In this document: positions 18,973-27,084 of the stretch, piece after piece | Position numbering within the stretch: the stretch's first letter is position 1 | Layout of the letters: each line of letters begins with the position of its first letter | From: a phage | Assembly: GCA_024686575.1 (NCBI GenBank) | Contig: GCA_024686575.1_4863.1 | Length of the DNA stretch: 64,000 nt | Reading direction: 5' to 3' (one strand) | Position numbers and translations under genes: made by a program | Notes under the pieces: generated by a model | The model's input: only the letters and a program-made list of their open reading frames with translations | Database searches by the model: none | Told to the model about the DNA's origin: nothing

Positions 18973-20535
18973 ATGAATAGTAAAATGATGTTGATAACCG
19001 CCTTAGCCGCACTGTATACAGAATCTATGCTGACGGACCCTAGCAAGGATCATGATGTCATAAGAAAAGTTCTGATGCAGATCAAGCTTCCGGAATATGC
19101 GGAAGATGGCGAAGAGCGCTTTGCACTCATCGAGATCAAGGACATTATCACATCTATCATAGACGGCGGCATGGAATACGACCACGCGAGCGTTATGAAG
19201 CGCTTGAAGCTGGCCACCACTCAAGTACGTCCTCTATACGATACGATTACCAAATTCCTCGAAGACGATTTGCCCGAGGAAGAAGACAAACGTACCGAGC
19301 ATCTTAATCGACAACTGTCTCAATATTATTTCCAATTACGTCAATGTTTACAGAGCGTCGAACTCAAAACAAAAATGGGTCGCGCGTTCGGAGCATTGAA
19401 TGGAACTGAGACACGTGTTGATCTGAACACCGCAGTGCTCGAACTCAAAGAGGCGTTATCTACGTTCGGTGAACGCTCTCATAATAAGATTCCATCATTG
19501 GTCGGTGAGCTGGTTACAGATAATCGTGCTCCGTTTGTTAAAGTGTTCGACTCGATTAACAAGAAAGCTGCAGGTAATGGTTTGCAGACGGGCTGGAAAG
19601 CCATTAACCAAATGCTCGGTTGTAACAAAGGGATTACCGAAGAACTGTGGCTAATGCCAGCGTTACCTTTTAACTGTAAGTCTTTGTTCAGTCTCTTGCT
19701 GAGCCTATCGATTCCTATCTTCAACACGCCTGAGAAAGTAATGGCGGATGTGAAGGGCACACTGCAACCAATTATTCTTGACTTGAGTTTAGAAAACGAA
19801 CTCGACGTTAACTTAGCTTACGGCTATCAAGCTCTGTACGGTCATTTTGAAGGACAAGTTCCACAGATGACCATTTCACAGGATGCAACCGCTGAAGAGA
19901 AGTTAGCACACACAACAGCAATGTCTGATTACCTCTGTGGTAAGATTCGCGCAAACGGTTGGGACTACGTTTTCCAAAAGCACACCAACTCTGATTTTAA
20001 AGTGCACTACATCAACGACCTTATTCTCGACTTACGTCGTCGCGGTTATCATGTTGTTGGCATTCGCGCAGACTACTTAGGCACAATCAGCAAAGCAGGA
20101 CACGGCAACGGTATTGCCGGGAGTGATATCAAAGAAATTTATCGTATTGCTCGTAACATTCAAGTGGTGCGCAACCGTGGGTTCTTAATTGCCCCACACC
20201 AGATTTCCCCAGAAGGTAAGCGCTTAAAAGCGTTAGACCCGGTAGGCTTCTGTAAGAACTTACCTGGTCGTGGTCTTTACGATAGTTGTTCGAGCCTTGA
20301 TAACGAGGCCGATGGTGAAATGTATTTTAACAAGCGTGTGGTCAACGGCCATAGCTTCTTAGAAGTTCAACGCGGTAAACACCGCACCATTATCGATACT
20401 AAAGAATCTTATCACTACACAGTGATACCTTTCCAGGATGTAGGCATCCTGCCTTGGGATTGTGATAAAGAAGAAACCGTAACAGCGTCGTCTATCAACT
20501 TCTTCACCGGTGGAATGGGTGATGATTTGTTCTAA
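18973..20535 (+). CDS. hypothetical protein
   Basis: 520 aa ORF; AAGGA Shine-Dalgarno 7 nt before ATG; hairpin after stop. Confidence 0.7.
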   Translation: MNSKMMLITALAALYTESMLTDPSKDHDVIRKVLMQIKLPEYAEDGEERFALIEIKDIITSIIDGGMEYDHASVMKRLKLATTQVRPLYDTITKFLEDDLPEEEDKRTEHLNRQLSQYYFQLRQCLQSVELKTKMGRAFGALNGTETRVDLNTAVLELKEALSTFGERSHNKIPSLVGELVTDNRAPFVKVFDSINKKAAGNGLQTGWKAINQMLGCNKGITEELWLMPALPFNCKSLFSLLLSLSIPIFNTPEKVMADVKGTLQPIILDLSLENELDVNLAYGYQALYGHFEGQVPQMTISQDATAEEKLAHTTAMSDYLCGKIRANGWDYVFQKHTNSDFKVHYINDLILDLRRRGYHVVGIRADYLGTISKAGHGNGIAGSDIKEIYRIARNIQVVRNRGFLIAPHQISPEGKRLKALDPVGFCKNLPGRGLYDSCSSLDNEADGEMYFNKRVVNGHSFLEVQRGKHRTIIDTKESYHYTVIPFQDVGILPWDCDKEETVTASSINFFTGGMGDDLF

Positions 20536-20543
20536 CGAACACT

Positions 20544-20561
20544 GGGGAGCTTAGGCTCCCC
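20544..20561 (+). terminator. hairpin after plus gene (weak terminator candidate)
   Basis: Stem GGGGAGC/GCTCCCC with TTAG loop 9 nt after the stop of 18973-20535; no clear U-run. Confidence 0.3.
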
Positions 20562-20851
20562 TACGGGCAGTTTATGCGTCCTGCCGAGATCAAAAAAAAT
20601 ACGACGAACTATTTATATGCGTGGAATTACCCGAGTGCTAGAACACTCGGGTATAATTATTCCAGGCAAATATTCCTGTTATCTCTTGTTGAGTATTATC
20701 TCACCTCCTAGTCCTTTAATGGTACGGGTGGAAGTCTGCGGTTGGCGGGTAACCTCTTGCAGACGTTGTTGAAAAGCGACTTGTTTCAGCTGTTGCTGAC
20801 GCAGTTGTTGCATAAAGGTATTCATGTTAACCTCTAGGTGGATGTGAATAA

Positions 20852-20890
20852 GCTCTCTCCTTCGGGAGAGAGCACCTTTTATTTTCTTTT
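20852..20890 (+). terminator. rho-independent terminator (plus strand)
   Basis: Stem GCTCTCTCC/GGAGAGAGC with TTCG loop followed by CCTTTTATTTTCTTTT. Confidence 0.65.
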
Positions 20891-20932
20891 CGGAAAATAA
20901 ATATAAAGCCCTCTTACCCGAAGGTAAGAGGG
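20880..20932 (-). terminator. rho-independent terminator (minus strand)
   Basis: Stem CCCTCTTACC/GGTAAGAGGG, UUCG loop in minus-strand RNA, T-rich run on minus strand; directly downstream of gene 20939-21799. Confidence 0.7.
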
Positions 20933-20938
20933 GTACTA

Positions 20939-21799
20939 CTACGGTTTATAATCAACTTCGTTGATCTCACCGCAAGCCGGACAAGCAATGTTCATTGTCT
21001 GCGAAGTGTAGCGATGGGTTCTCGGTACTGTAGCGACATGGTTGCGGTTACAGCCGGAACACGTCCAACCGACCACTGGTGCCTTCGATTGTTTCGGGGC
21101 AGGAGTGTCTTCTTTTAACAATGCGACTACCGCGTGAAATTTACGAAGTTCTGCGTTAACATGCGCTTCCCAGTCGGCGTCCAAACGCGCCGTGAACCAA
21201 CGTTGAATCTTCTGGCCAAGGCCGTCTTGATTTTCTTCTTCATGGGACATCACAAACTTGAGATTTGCGCGACCCCACTGCACAACGTTCTCTACTTTAA
21301 TCCCGTCTACGGTGTCGCTGATTGGCGTATAGTTAAAAGTTGGATAGGTGAGATAACAAGCTTCAGCTGTTGCAAAGACCGTATTGCCTTCAAACAGCGC
21401 CATGGCCTCATCGCCCTTAGCATCCTTCTGTGCGGCTTCCAATCGTGGGCAATGGAAACCTTCAAGTTGCTGGATTTTGGTCGTTAGCGCATTGATACCC
21501 TGCAGCACAGCGATACGCTTTTTGCTGTCTGTAATGGTTGCCATTACCTTGCACAACGCGCGCGAGATAGCGCTATACATTGACGTTTTGCGGTTTTCAT
21601 CGAGGAAACGCTCTTGCTGCTCCAGGTCGTAAGAAGACAGGCCGTAGCTCTGCCCTTCGACCAACACGACGTAAGTACGACGTTTGTCGCGGTCCAGCTG
21701 GACAATGGCCGCATCGGTTAACGGATCGCTAGCCAATACTTCGTGGTCGGGAGGTAGGGGGAAATCTGAACTTTTGATGAAATCAGTAATGCTGTACAT
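20939..21799 (-). CDS. hypothetical protein with C-terminal Cys4 zinc ribbon
   Basis: 286 aa; C-terminus WTCSGCNRNH...NIACPACGEI (CxxC-N19-CxxC); terminator immediately downstream. Confidence 0.7.
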   Translation of the reverse strand: MYSITDFIKSSDFPLPPDHEVLASDPLTDAAIVQLDRDKRRTYVVLVEGQSYGLSSYDLEQQERFLDENRKTSMYSAISRALCKVMATITDSKKRIAVLQGINALTTKIQQLEGFHCPRLEAAQKDAKGDEAMALFEGNTVFATAEACYLTYPTFNYTPISDTVDGIKVENVVQWGRANLKFVMSHEEENQDGLGQKIQRWFTARLDADWEAHVNAELRKFHAVVALLKEDTPAPKQSKAPVVGWTCSGCNRNHVATVPRTHRYTSQTMNIACPACGEINEVDYKP

Positions 21800-21801
21800 T
21801 T

Positions 21802-22218
21802 TTAGTCCTTAAGAGAGTTAATAAAGTCATCTAAACTAATATCACGGAATGGGAAGTAAACACCTTCAAGCGGGATCGTGTAGTGTTCACTAATGGCACG
21901 TTGCCAATCCAGAACAGTTGCGGGGTAGTTCACAACCTCAAAGTTAGGATGCGTAATTGGCGGAATTGCGTTGTAAACATAGCCGTTGATATTTTTCGAT
22001 GGGAACGCTGCACGGAACTTCGGCTCCATGTAGAACATTTCCTCTTTTACTTCCTGGCCTTCCCAGAAACGATAACCGCCCTTACCGTCAGGAATATAAA
22101 TCGCCTTGTCACGGGGTATAGGGGAATCCTTGGATAGCGGAACAAATCGTCCGTACTGGTCAAGAACCATCCAGTCGGTGTCATTCTTTAAATACTTTTG
22201 GAGCTTCTCATTAATCAT
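21802..22218 (-). CDS. hypothetical protein
   Basis: 138 aa ORF; AAGGAA Shine-Dalgarno upstream of ATG at 22218. Confidence 0.65.
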   Translation of the reverse strand: MINEKLQKYLKNDTDWMVLDQYGRFVPLSKDSPIPRDKAIYIPDGKGGYRFWEGQEVKEEMFYMEPKFRAAFPSKNINGYVYNAIPPITHPNFEVVNYPATVLDWQRAISEHYTIPLEGVYFPFRDISLDDFINSLKD

Positions 22219-22228
22219 TTTTCACGTT

Positions 22229-22264
22229 CCTTAGGCAAAAAATAATACCACCCGTAGGTGGTAT
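22229..22264 (-). terminator. rho-independent terminator
   Basis: Stem ATACCACC/GGTGGTAT followed on minus strand by TATTTTTTG; ends the three-small-gene operon. Confidence 0.7.
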
Positions 22265-22277
22265 TAAATTATCTATA

Positions 22278-22466
22278 CTACTTCTTCCCGAGTTCCCCAC
22301 GGAACTTCGCCAGCTCTTCTTTCCAGTCCGGCTTCGGTAGTGCGCTTTTCGGCCCCACGATAAATGTGCGTTCTGAGGTTTGTGGATTCACCTCTACTGT
22401 TTCGTTATCTTCCACTTCACGAAGCATGATTCCGTTTTTACCATCGTAATTAACTAAAACGCCCAT
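22278..22466 (-). CDS. hypothetical small protein
   Basis: 62 aa; AGGAG Shine-Dalgarno 8 nt upstream; start overlaps the stop of the upstream small gene (TAATG); terminator downstream. Confidence 0.5.
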   Translation of the reverse strand: MGVLVNYDGKNGIMLREVEDNETVEVNPQTSERTFIVGPKSALPKPDWKEELAKFRGELGKK

Positions 22467-22648
22467 TAGTAAATCTCCTGCTGCATTGGAAATACATTAC
22501 CTGTCGGTGAGACAAGTAAAACTTGCGCGGTAACGTGAACGATTTCTTCTTCGTCCTGACGACGAACACCGTTAGTGAGATTATCCCACTCACGTTTAAA
22601 ACGCGGGTGAGATAAGAACTCGGCAAACTCCGTATCAGAAAAGTCCAT
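22466..22648 (-). CDS. hypothetical small acidic protein
   Basis: Track ORF 22466-22666; the ATG at 22648 (MDFSD...) overlaps the stop of the upstream 47 aa ORF as TAATG, suggesting translational coupling. Confidence 0.45.
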   Translation of the reverse strand: MDFSDTEFAEFLSHPRFKREWDNLTNGVRRQDEEEIVHVTAQVLLVSPTGNVFPMQQEIY

Positions 22649-22791
22649 TAGCCGCGACCTGTACACATGGCAACAGAGTTACCGTTATCGATGCACTTGT
22701 TGTAATCTTGAGTTACAGTGATGGACAGTACCGCGAAAGCAACAACAGCAACGATGGCAAAGATGGCACGTTTATGGTTACGAGTTAACAT
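22648..22791 (-). CDS. hypothetical small membrane protein (below ORF-track size cutoff)
   Basis: 47 aa hand-translated ORF MLTRNHKRAIFAIVAVVAFAVLSITVTQDYNKCIDNGNSVAMCTGRG; AAGGAG Shine-Dalgarno 8 nt upstream; conserved promoter-like motif about 55 nt upstream. Confidence 0.4.
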   Translation of the reverse strand: MLTRNHKRAIFAIVAVVAFAVLSITVTQDYNKCIDNGNSVAMCTGRG

Positions 22792-22842
22792 GGCAATACT
22801 CCTTTAGATTAATAGTCGATTGAGTTGATAGATTGTCTTCTA

Positions 22843-22868
22843 TCACCTAGGTAATATATATCTGAAAT
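22843..22868 (-). promoter_or_regulatory. conserved promoter-like motif 1 (minus-strand reading contains TATATATTACCTAGGTGA)
   Basis: 26-nt exact repeat TCACCTAGGTAATATATATCTGAAAT shared with 31344-31369; lies between a terminator and the first gene of a small-gene operon. Confidence 0.55.
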
Positions 22869-22984
22869 TATTTTTATTCAGAGTACACCCTCTATAACGC
22901 TCTCAAACGCGTTTTGAGAGCTTTTATCACTATAGAGGGCGTTCTACCGTTAGAGTGGCTTTAGAAGGTTGTGAGTGCGTTTAG
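22869..22984 (-). other. structured non-coding region with nested palindromes (regulatory element or small RNA candidate)
   Basis: CCCTCTATA...TATAGAGGG encloses the palindrome GCTCTCAAACGCGTTTTGAGAGC; followed by three TTAGAG-type repeats; sits between a terminator and promoter motif 1. Confidence 0.4.
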
Positions 22985-23025
22985 AGGGCTAAAATAAAGA
23001 GACCTGGTCTCACAAGGAGACCAGG
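22985..23025 (-). terminator. rho-independent terminator
   Basis: Stem CCTGGTCTC/GAGACCAGG followed on minus strand by TCTTTATTTTAG. Confidence 0.65.
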
Positions 23026-23032
23026 CACACAT

Positions 23033-23830
23033 TTACATCAAATCCAGGCTCTGTGAGACCGCAACTTCCGGTTCACTGATACCGCTGGTCACTGACAATG
23101 TAAAGCGACGATCGTTAATCACTTCAACTGCTTCGCTCGCACGCAGTGAATACTTGTCGGCGATTGGCAGTACACTGTTATCGTTCTGCGGCGGCAGAAT
23201 CTGTGCCGGGAACGGAATGTACGAGTTGAAAGTGATATACGGACCGACCTGCATCATCGGGAACACTTCGTTCACGTTATTTGACATCCCTTCATCCGAA
23301 GAGATAACGGAGTGACGCAGACAGGCACGCAGGCCAACGGTGTACTCCGGATCGCGCGATTCGCCGATCAGTGCGAAACGGAACACATTGAAATCGTAGT
23401 CGTCTGCAGCGAAGTGTTCTGGCAGGATACGCTGTACGTATTCAGGGTAAGTGGTCACGTCACCCGGAATAACATTCACGGCGAGTTTCTGTGCCAGGAA
23501 ATACGCATTCGCGAAACCATACTGACCCGCCAGCGCGGCTGAAATCGGTGCAGTGGTTACGCAGTGCAGGAACAAGTGATAACCCAGCCCGCCTTTATCT
23601 TCGATTGCCAGGTCCTTCTTACTCTGCACACCGTCAGCAGTATAAATAACTGCCACTGTCTTATCCAACGTCGACGCCATGACAAAATCCAACTGCACCT
23701 CACCGCTCTGCGGTAGTACCTTAACCAGACGATCCCAGAGCTTGGTCGGTTTGGTGAAGTTAGCGGCTTCGTACGCATCAATGTCGAGAACAGTTTGGCC
23801 GGTCATGCGAAAGGTGTGAATCGCTTTCAT
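23033..23830 (-). CDS. hypothetical protein
   Basis: 265 aa ORF; AAGGAA Shine-Dalgarno; terminator downstream. Confidence 0.7.
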   Translation of the reverse strand: MKAIHTFRMTGQTVLDIDAYEAANFTKPTKLWDRLVKVLPQSGEVQLDFVMASTLDKTVAVIYTADGVQSKKDLAIEDKGGLGYHLFLHCVTTAPISAALAGQYGFANAYFLAQKLAVNVIPGDVTTYPEYVQRILPEHFAADDYDFNVFRFALIGESRDPEYTVGLRACLRHSVISSDEGMSNNVNEVFPMMQVGPYITFNSYIPFPAQILPPQNDNSVLPIADKYSLRASEAVEVINDRRFTLSVTSGISEPEVAVSQSLDLM

Positions 23831-23873
23831 TGCAATATTTTCCTTAAGGTTACTTACGGGTCATACTAGATGA

Positions 23874-25187
23874 CTAAGCTGTAAATTTTTCATCTTTGAG
23901 CCAAAGACTCAGTTGTGATTGGGTGTTATAGCGTCCTGATGCCATCGTTTGACCATCGACAGCGGACTGGAACACTTCACCCACCAACGTGCCGTAGCGG
24001 GTATAGACCCCATACTCGTTGGCAAAAACGTATTTTACTGGCATACCGGGATATAGGATGCCGTGCGTTGAACGGTTCCAGGTTGTTTGCACAATCGTAC
24101 CCAGACCCATCTCCAGTTTAGACCGCTGCGGTTTATCGGTATCACTAAAGTGTTTATCAGGATCGATTGGTGCGTTAACCACGCCGCCTGGATACGCAGC
24201 AGGGTCGGCCTGCGCCACAAACTTATCAGGTGTGGTCATACTGATGTCGCCAGGCGTAAATGAACTACTACGCCCATCCAACACACGTACAGACCCTACC
24301 CTGTAACCCGTACCGTGGTTAAGCGCGGCCTGGTCACGGTATTCCAAACTACTGGTGTCGCCGCCACAAATCAGATAGATAACATTACCCGCGATATCGG
24401 TGGTGCGGTCAATGTGAGCAGCCTGTTCACGAGGCAGATTATAGATGACCAGTTTAGGCTTCGTTGTGTTATTAAACTTCAACGAGTCCCAGGGCCGATA
24501 CAGATACCAGCGCTGCAAGTATTGGAAGACCCCAATACCTTTGCTGTAAACACCGTAATGGTTCTGCAGATAATCAAACACGCTTAAGAAGTCTTCGGAG
24601 TCCGGTATAACGATATCACGATATGCCTGCTGTTCTTCCTCGTCGTATTCAATTCCTTTCAACTGCCCCTCTGCAGCCACCCCGTCCGGCAACGTATCCG
24701 CCAGTATCGAGCGTGCCACTGTTAACCCATCGGTTTCGTGGTAGATACCGCCCACTTGACGGTTACGCAGGAACCACATCGACTCATCCATCAGCTCCAA
24801 TGTTACCAAAGCGATAGATTTCTCATCAGACTGACTCAAGAACATCGTCGGTGTTTCCGCGTTGTGGTCGCGGTTATTTATCACGATGCCGCGGTAGTTA
24901 AAGACCCCCGCGATTTTCTGTCCACGACGCAATAACAGCTTTACCTTCAAATCCCCTTCTGCGGACGATGTGATCATTCGCATGTGGCTGTAGGGTATAG
25001 CCAAGGTGAGATGTGTCAATAAACAGATATCGCGCGTAAAGTGACCCGTGTGGATGATAGACAGCATCTTCAACACCGTCACTGGGGCACCGTGCACCGT
25101 GAGGAATATCCCGTAGTCGATAGCCGGTAACCCCCGAGCATTAGCGATGTGACCGTTCGCCATCTGTTGTAACCGACCAAACGACAT
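23874..25187 (-). CDS. hypothetical protein
   Basis: 437 aa ORF in tightly packed minus-strand array 23033-28561. Confidence 0.7.
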   Translation of the reverse strand: MSFGRLQQMANGHIANARGLPAIDYGIFLTVHGAPVTVLKMLSIIHTGHFTRDICLLTHLTLAIPYSHMRMITSSAEGDLKVKLLLRRGQKIAGVFNYRGIVINNRDHNAETPTMFLSQSDEKSIALVTLELMDESMWFLRNRQVGGIYHETDGLTVARSILADTLPDGVAAEGQLKGIEYDEEEQQAYRDIVIPDSEDFLSVFDYLQNHYGVYSKGIGVFQYLQRWYLYRPWDSLKFNNTTKPKLVIYNLPREQAAHIDRTTDIAGNVIYLICGGDTSSLEYRDQAALNHGTGYRVGSVRVLDGRSSSFTPGDISMTTPDKFVAQADPAAYPGGVVNAPIDPDKHFSDTDKPQRSKLEMGLGTIVQTTWNRSTHGILYPGMPVKYVFANEYGVYTRYGTLVGEVFQSAVDGQTMASGRYNTQSQLSLWLKDEKFTA

Positions 25188-25726
25188 TAGCGACCTCCTC
25201 GGGCTCTATAAGCGTACTCAATACGTTTCATAATCGTATCATTAAAACGGTGGAGTTTAGACTCCAGGCGGACCTGCCCAAATAACGACTGAACACAGTC
25301 CGCCATCGTTGCCGTGGGTTTCTTGAAATACCCGTAGCGGTTAGCCACAGGAAACAGTTTCGAAGCCAGCACATTGAACTGACGCAACCCTTCGATAGGG
25401 ACTTCCCGGTAAATCAGCGTCGGGTTCTCCAGATAGTTCAGCCAGTCCGCAAGGTGTTCCATAATCCACCCGTACACTTTAATCCCGTCATGCGGGTCGT
25501 GTACATCTAACGCACCACCGGTCGCTAAATACTCAGCAGCTTCTGAGGGGTGCAGATAGATAGGCTTCATGTTCAGTAACAACGCTTGTCGTTTCTTCGG
25601 GTCTTCTGGCAAGAACAATCCGTGTTCCTGACTGGCGTAGGTTGTGATGGTTGCGTATTCCGGTACCCGGAAGAACACCCACGCTTTAAACAGCATAAAT
25701 GCTGCACTGCGCTTCTTCTCCGACAT
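25187..25726 (-). CDS. hypothetical protein
   Basis: 179 aa ORF; start/stop overlap with neighbours. Confidence 0.65.
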   Translation of the reverse strand: MSEKKRSAAFMLFKAWVFFRVPEYATITTYASQEHGLFLPEDPKKRQALLLNMKPIYLHPSEAAEYLATGGALDVHDPHDGIKVYGWIMEHLADWLNYLENPTLIYREVPIEGLRQFNVLASKLFPVANRYGYFKKPTATMADCVQSLFGQVRLESKLHRFNDTIMKRIEYAYRARGGR

Positions 25727-25728
25727 TA

Positions 25729-27084
25729 CTACCTCGCGTATTTCAAAATCACGTAGACCATCGGGACGTAATAGAACTGACTGTCCTTCGGTAAAGCCAG
25801 CACCAATTCTGCTAAACGCGCAGCCACTTCACTAGGTACCGGTTGTTTGTTCAGATACAGGTACAAACAATGCTCCAGAACCGAGCTGTACGAGCCGCTA
25901 TAGAACGTTTCGCTTAACAGGTAGGGTTTATACGTCAACGGCAGAAAAGCCACCATATCCTCGCCTGCGTTGCCCTGATACTCAGGGAACATAACCGGTT
26001 CGAATGCTTCGAACTCTGGCCACTCCCCATCGTACGTTGCCAACTGACGAATCTGTGATGTAAAGAAGCGCGTTGAACTGAACTGTGACCACGCGATGGT
26101 GTTGCGGGTCTGCATCGTTCTGAAAGTGCGCGGGTTAACTGCGCTGCATTCTTTCTCGACGTACGGTAGTAGTCCTGGCTGTTGATTTAACAACACCGTG
26201 AACAGCGTTTCGATATCTTGCACAGGTTTCGGCGGGTGTGGGTAAATACGGATATCTTTACCAACGGTTCGAAGGCCGATAGCCTTCACAAACATCGCCA
26301 AGAAGACGTCGTAGTAGCCACCTGCCTTTAACCCGTCGAGTTTCCAGTCGCGTGGATAAGCAAGGGTTTCTAAACTGGTATCGTAGAAACGGCGAACAAA
26401 CGTCGTCTCAATGTCCTTAATGCGGTCTCCCAGCTCCAGGAACGTACGATACTCGTTGGGGGTCAGTAAGGTATCACCACCGGTCCACGCGCGCTCACGG
26501 ACGTAATGGAGCGTTCTCACAGTGCACAGACGAATCGTCTCTGCAATCTGCGGTGTAATCTCGTACAACATCGTGTAACGTATCTGGTACGTTGCAATTT
26601 TGTTGTTCGACATTCGGGTAACGGCAGTGATGTTAAACAGTCCGTGTCGATGGTCGCCTATCGGCGCAACAAAGAAGTCACCCTCGTTCGGTGTAATCGA
26701 TGCTACCAGGGTCGACGTCCCGGTCAGTTCGAAAGTCTTACGTTGTTCGTCCTGCGTACGGTCGAGCGGTGCGTTAACACGTAATGACAGATTAACAATC
26801 TTAAGCAGCTGTTGCGTAGGGCTGTCATTCTGAGTATCGAACATCGTCTTCGGATCGTTGCGACCCGACAACGCGTGATAAAAATCAACCGGCCATTCAG
26901 AACCTTCGTTGTATTGCAGGAGATACTGTTTCGGAATCCTGTCGAAGTCCGTTACCGTGGTGCGGGTTGGAATCGTTACCAAGTTGCTGGCTTCTTTTAC
27001 CCCGTCCTGCGGTTTATTGATAATCGGAATCTCAGGTTCAACAGGAACGAATTTAGTATCACCCCTCTTGTTCGCCTTGAGCAT
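25729..27084 (-). CDS. hypothetical protein
   Basis: 451 aa ORF; overlaps upstream gene by 26 nt. Confidence 0.7.
   Translation of the reverse strand: MLKANKRGDTKFVPVEPEIPIINKPQDGVKEASNLVTIPTRTTVTDFDRIPKQYLLQYNEGSEWPVDFYHALSGRNDPKTMFDTQNDSPTQQLLKIVNLSLRVNAPLDRTQDEQRKTFELTGTSTLVASITPNEGDFFVAPIGDHRHGLFNITAVTRMSNNKIATYQIRYTMLYEITPQIAETIRLCTVRTLHYVRERAWTGGDTLLTPNEYRTFLELGDRIKDIETTFVRRFYDTSLETLAYPRDWKLDGLKAGGYYDVFLAMFVKAIGLRTVGKDIRIYPHPPKPVQDIETLFTVLLNQQPGLLPYVEKECSAVNPRTFRTMQTRNTIAWSQFSSTRFFTSQIRQLATYDGEWPEFEAFEPVMFPEYQGNAGEDMVAFLPLTYKPYLLSETFYSGSYSSVLEHCLYLYLNKQPVPSEVAARLAELVLALPKDSQFYYVPMVYVILKYAR

Noticed and set aside
20617-20656. Sigma70-like TATAAT hexamer after the inverted repeat, and a 59 aa plus-strand micro-ORF starting at 20617
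   Set aside because: No acceptable -35 element at 16-18 bp spacing, and no Shine-Dalgarno for the micro-ORF. Kept only as part of the gene-poor region finding.
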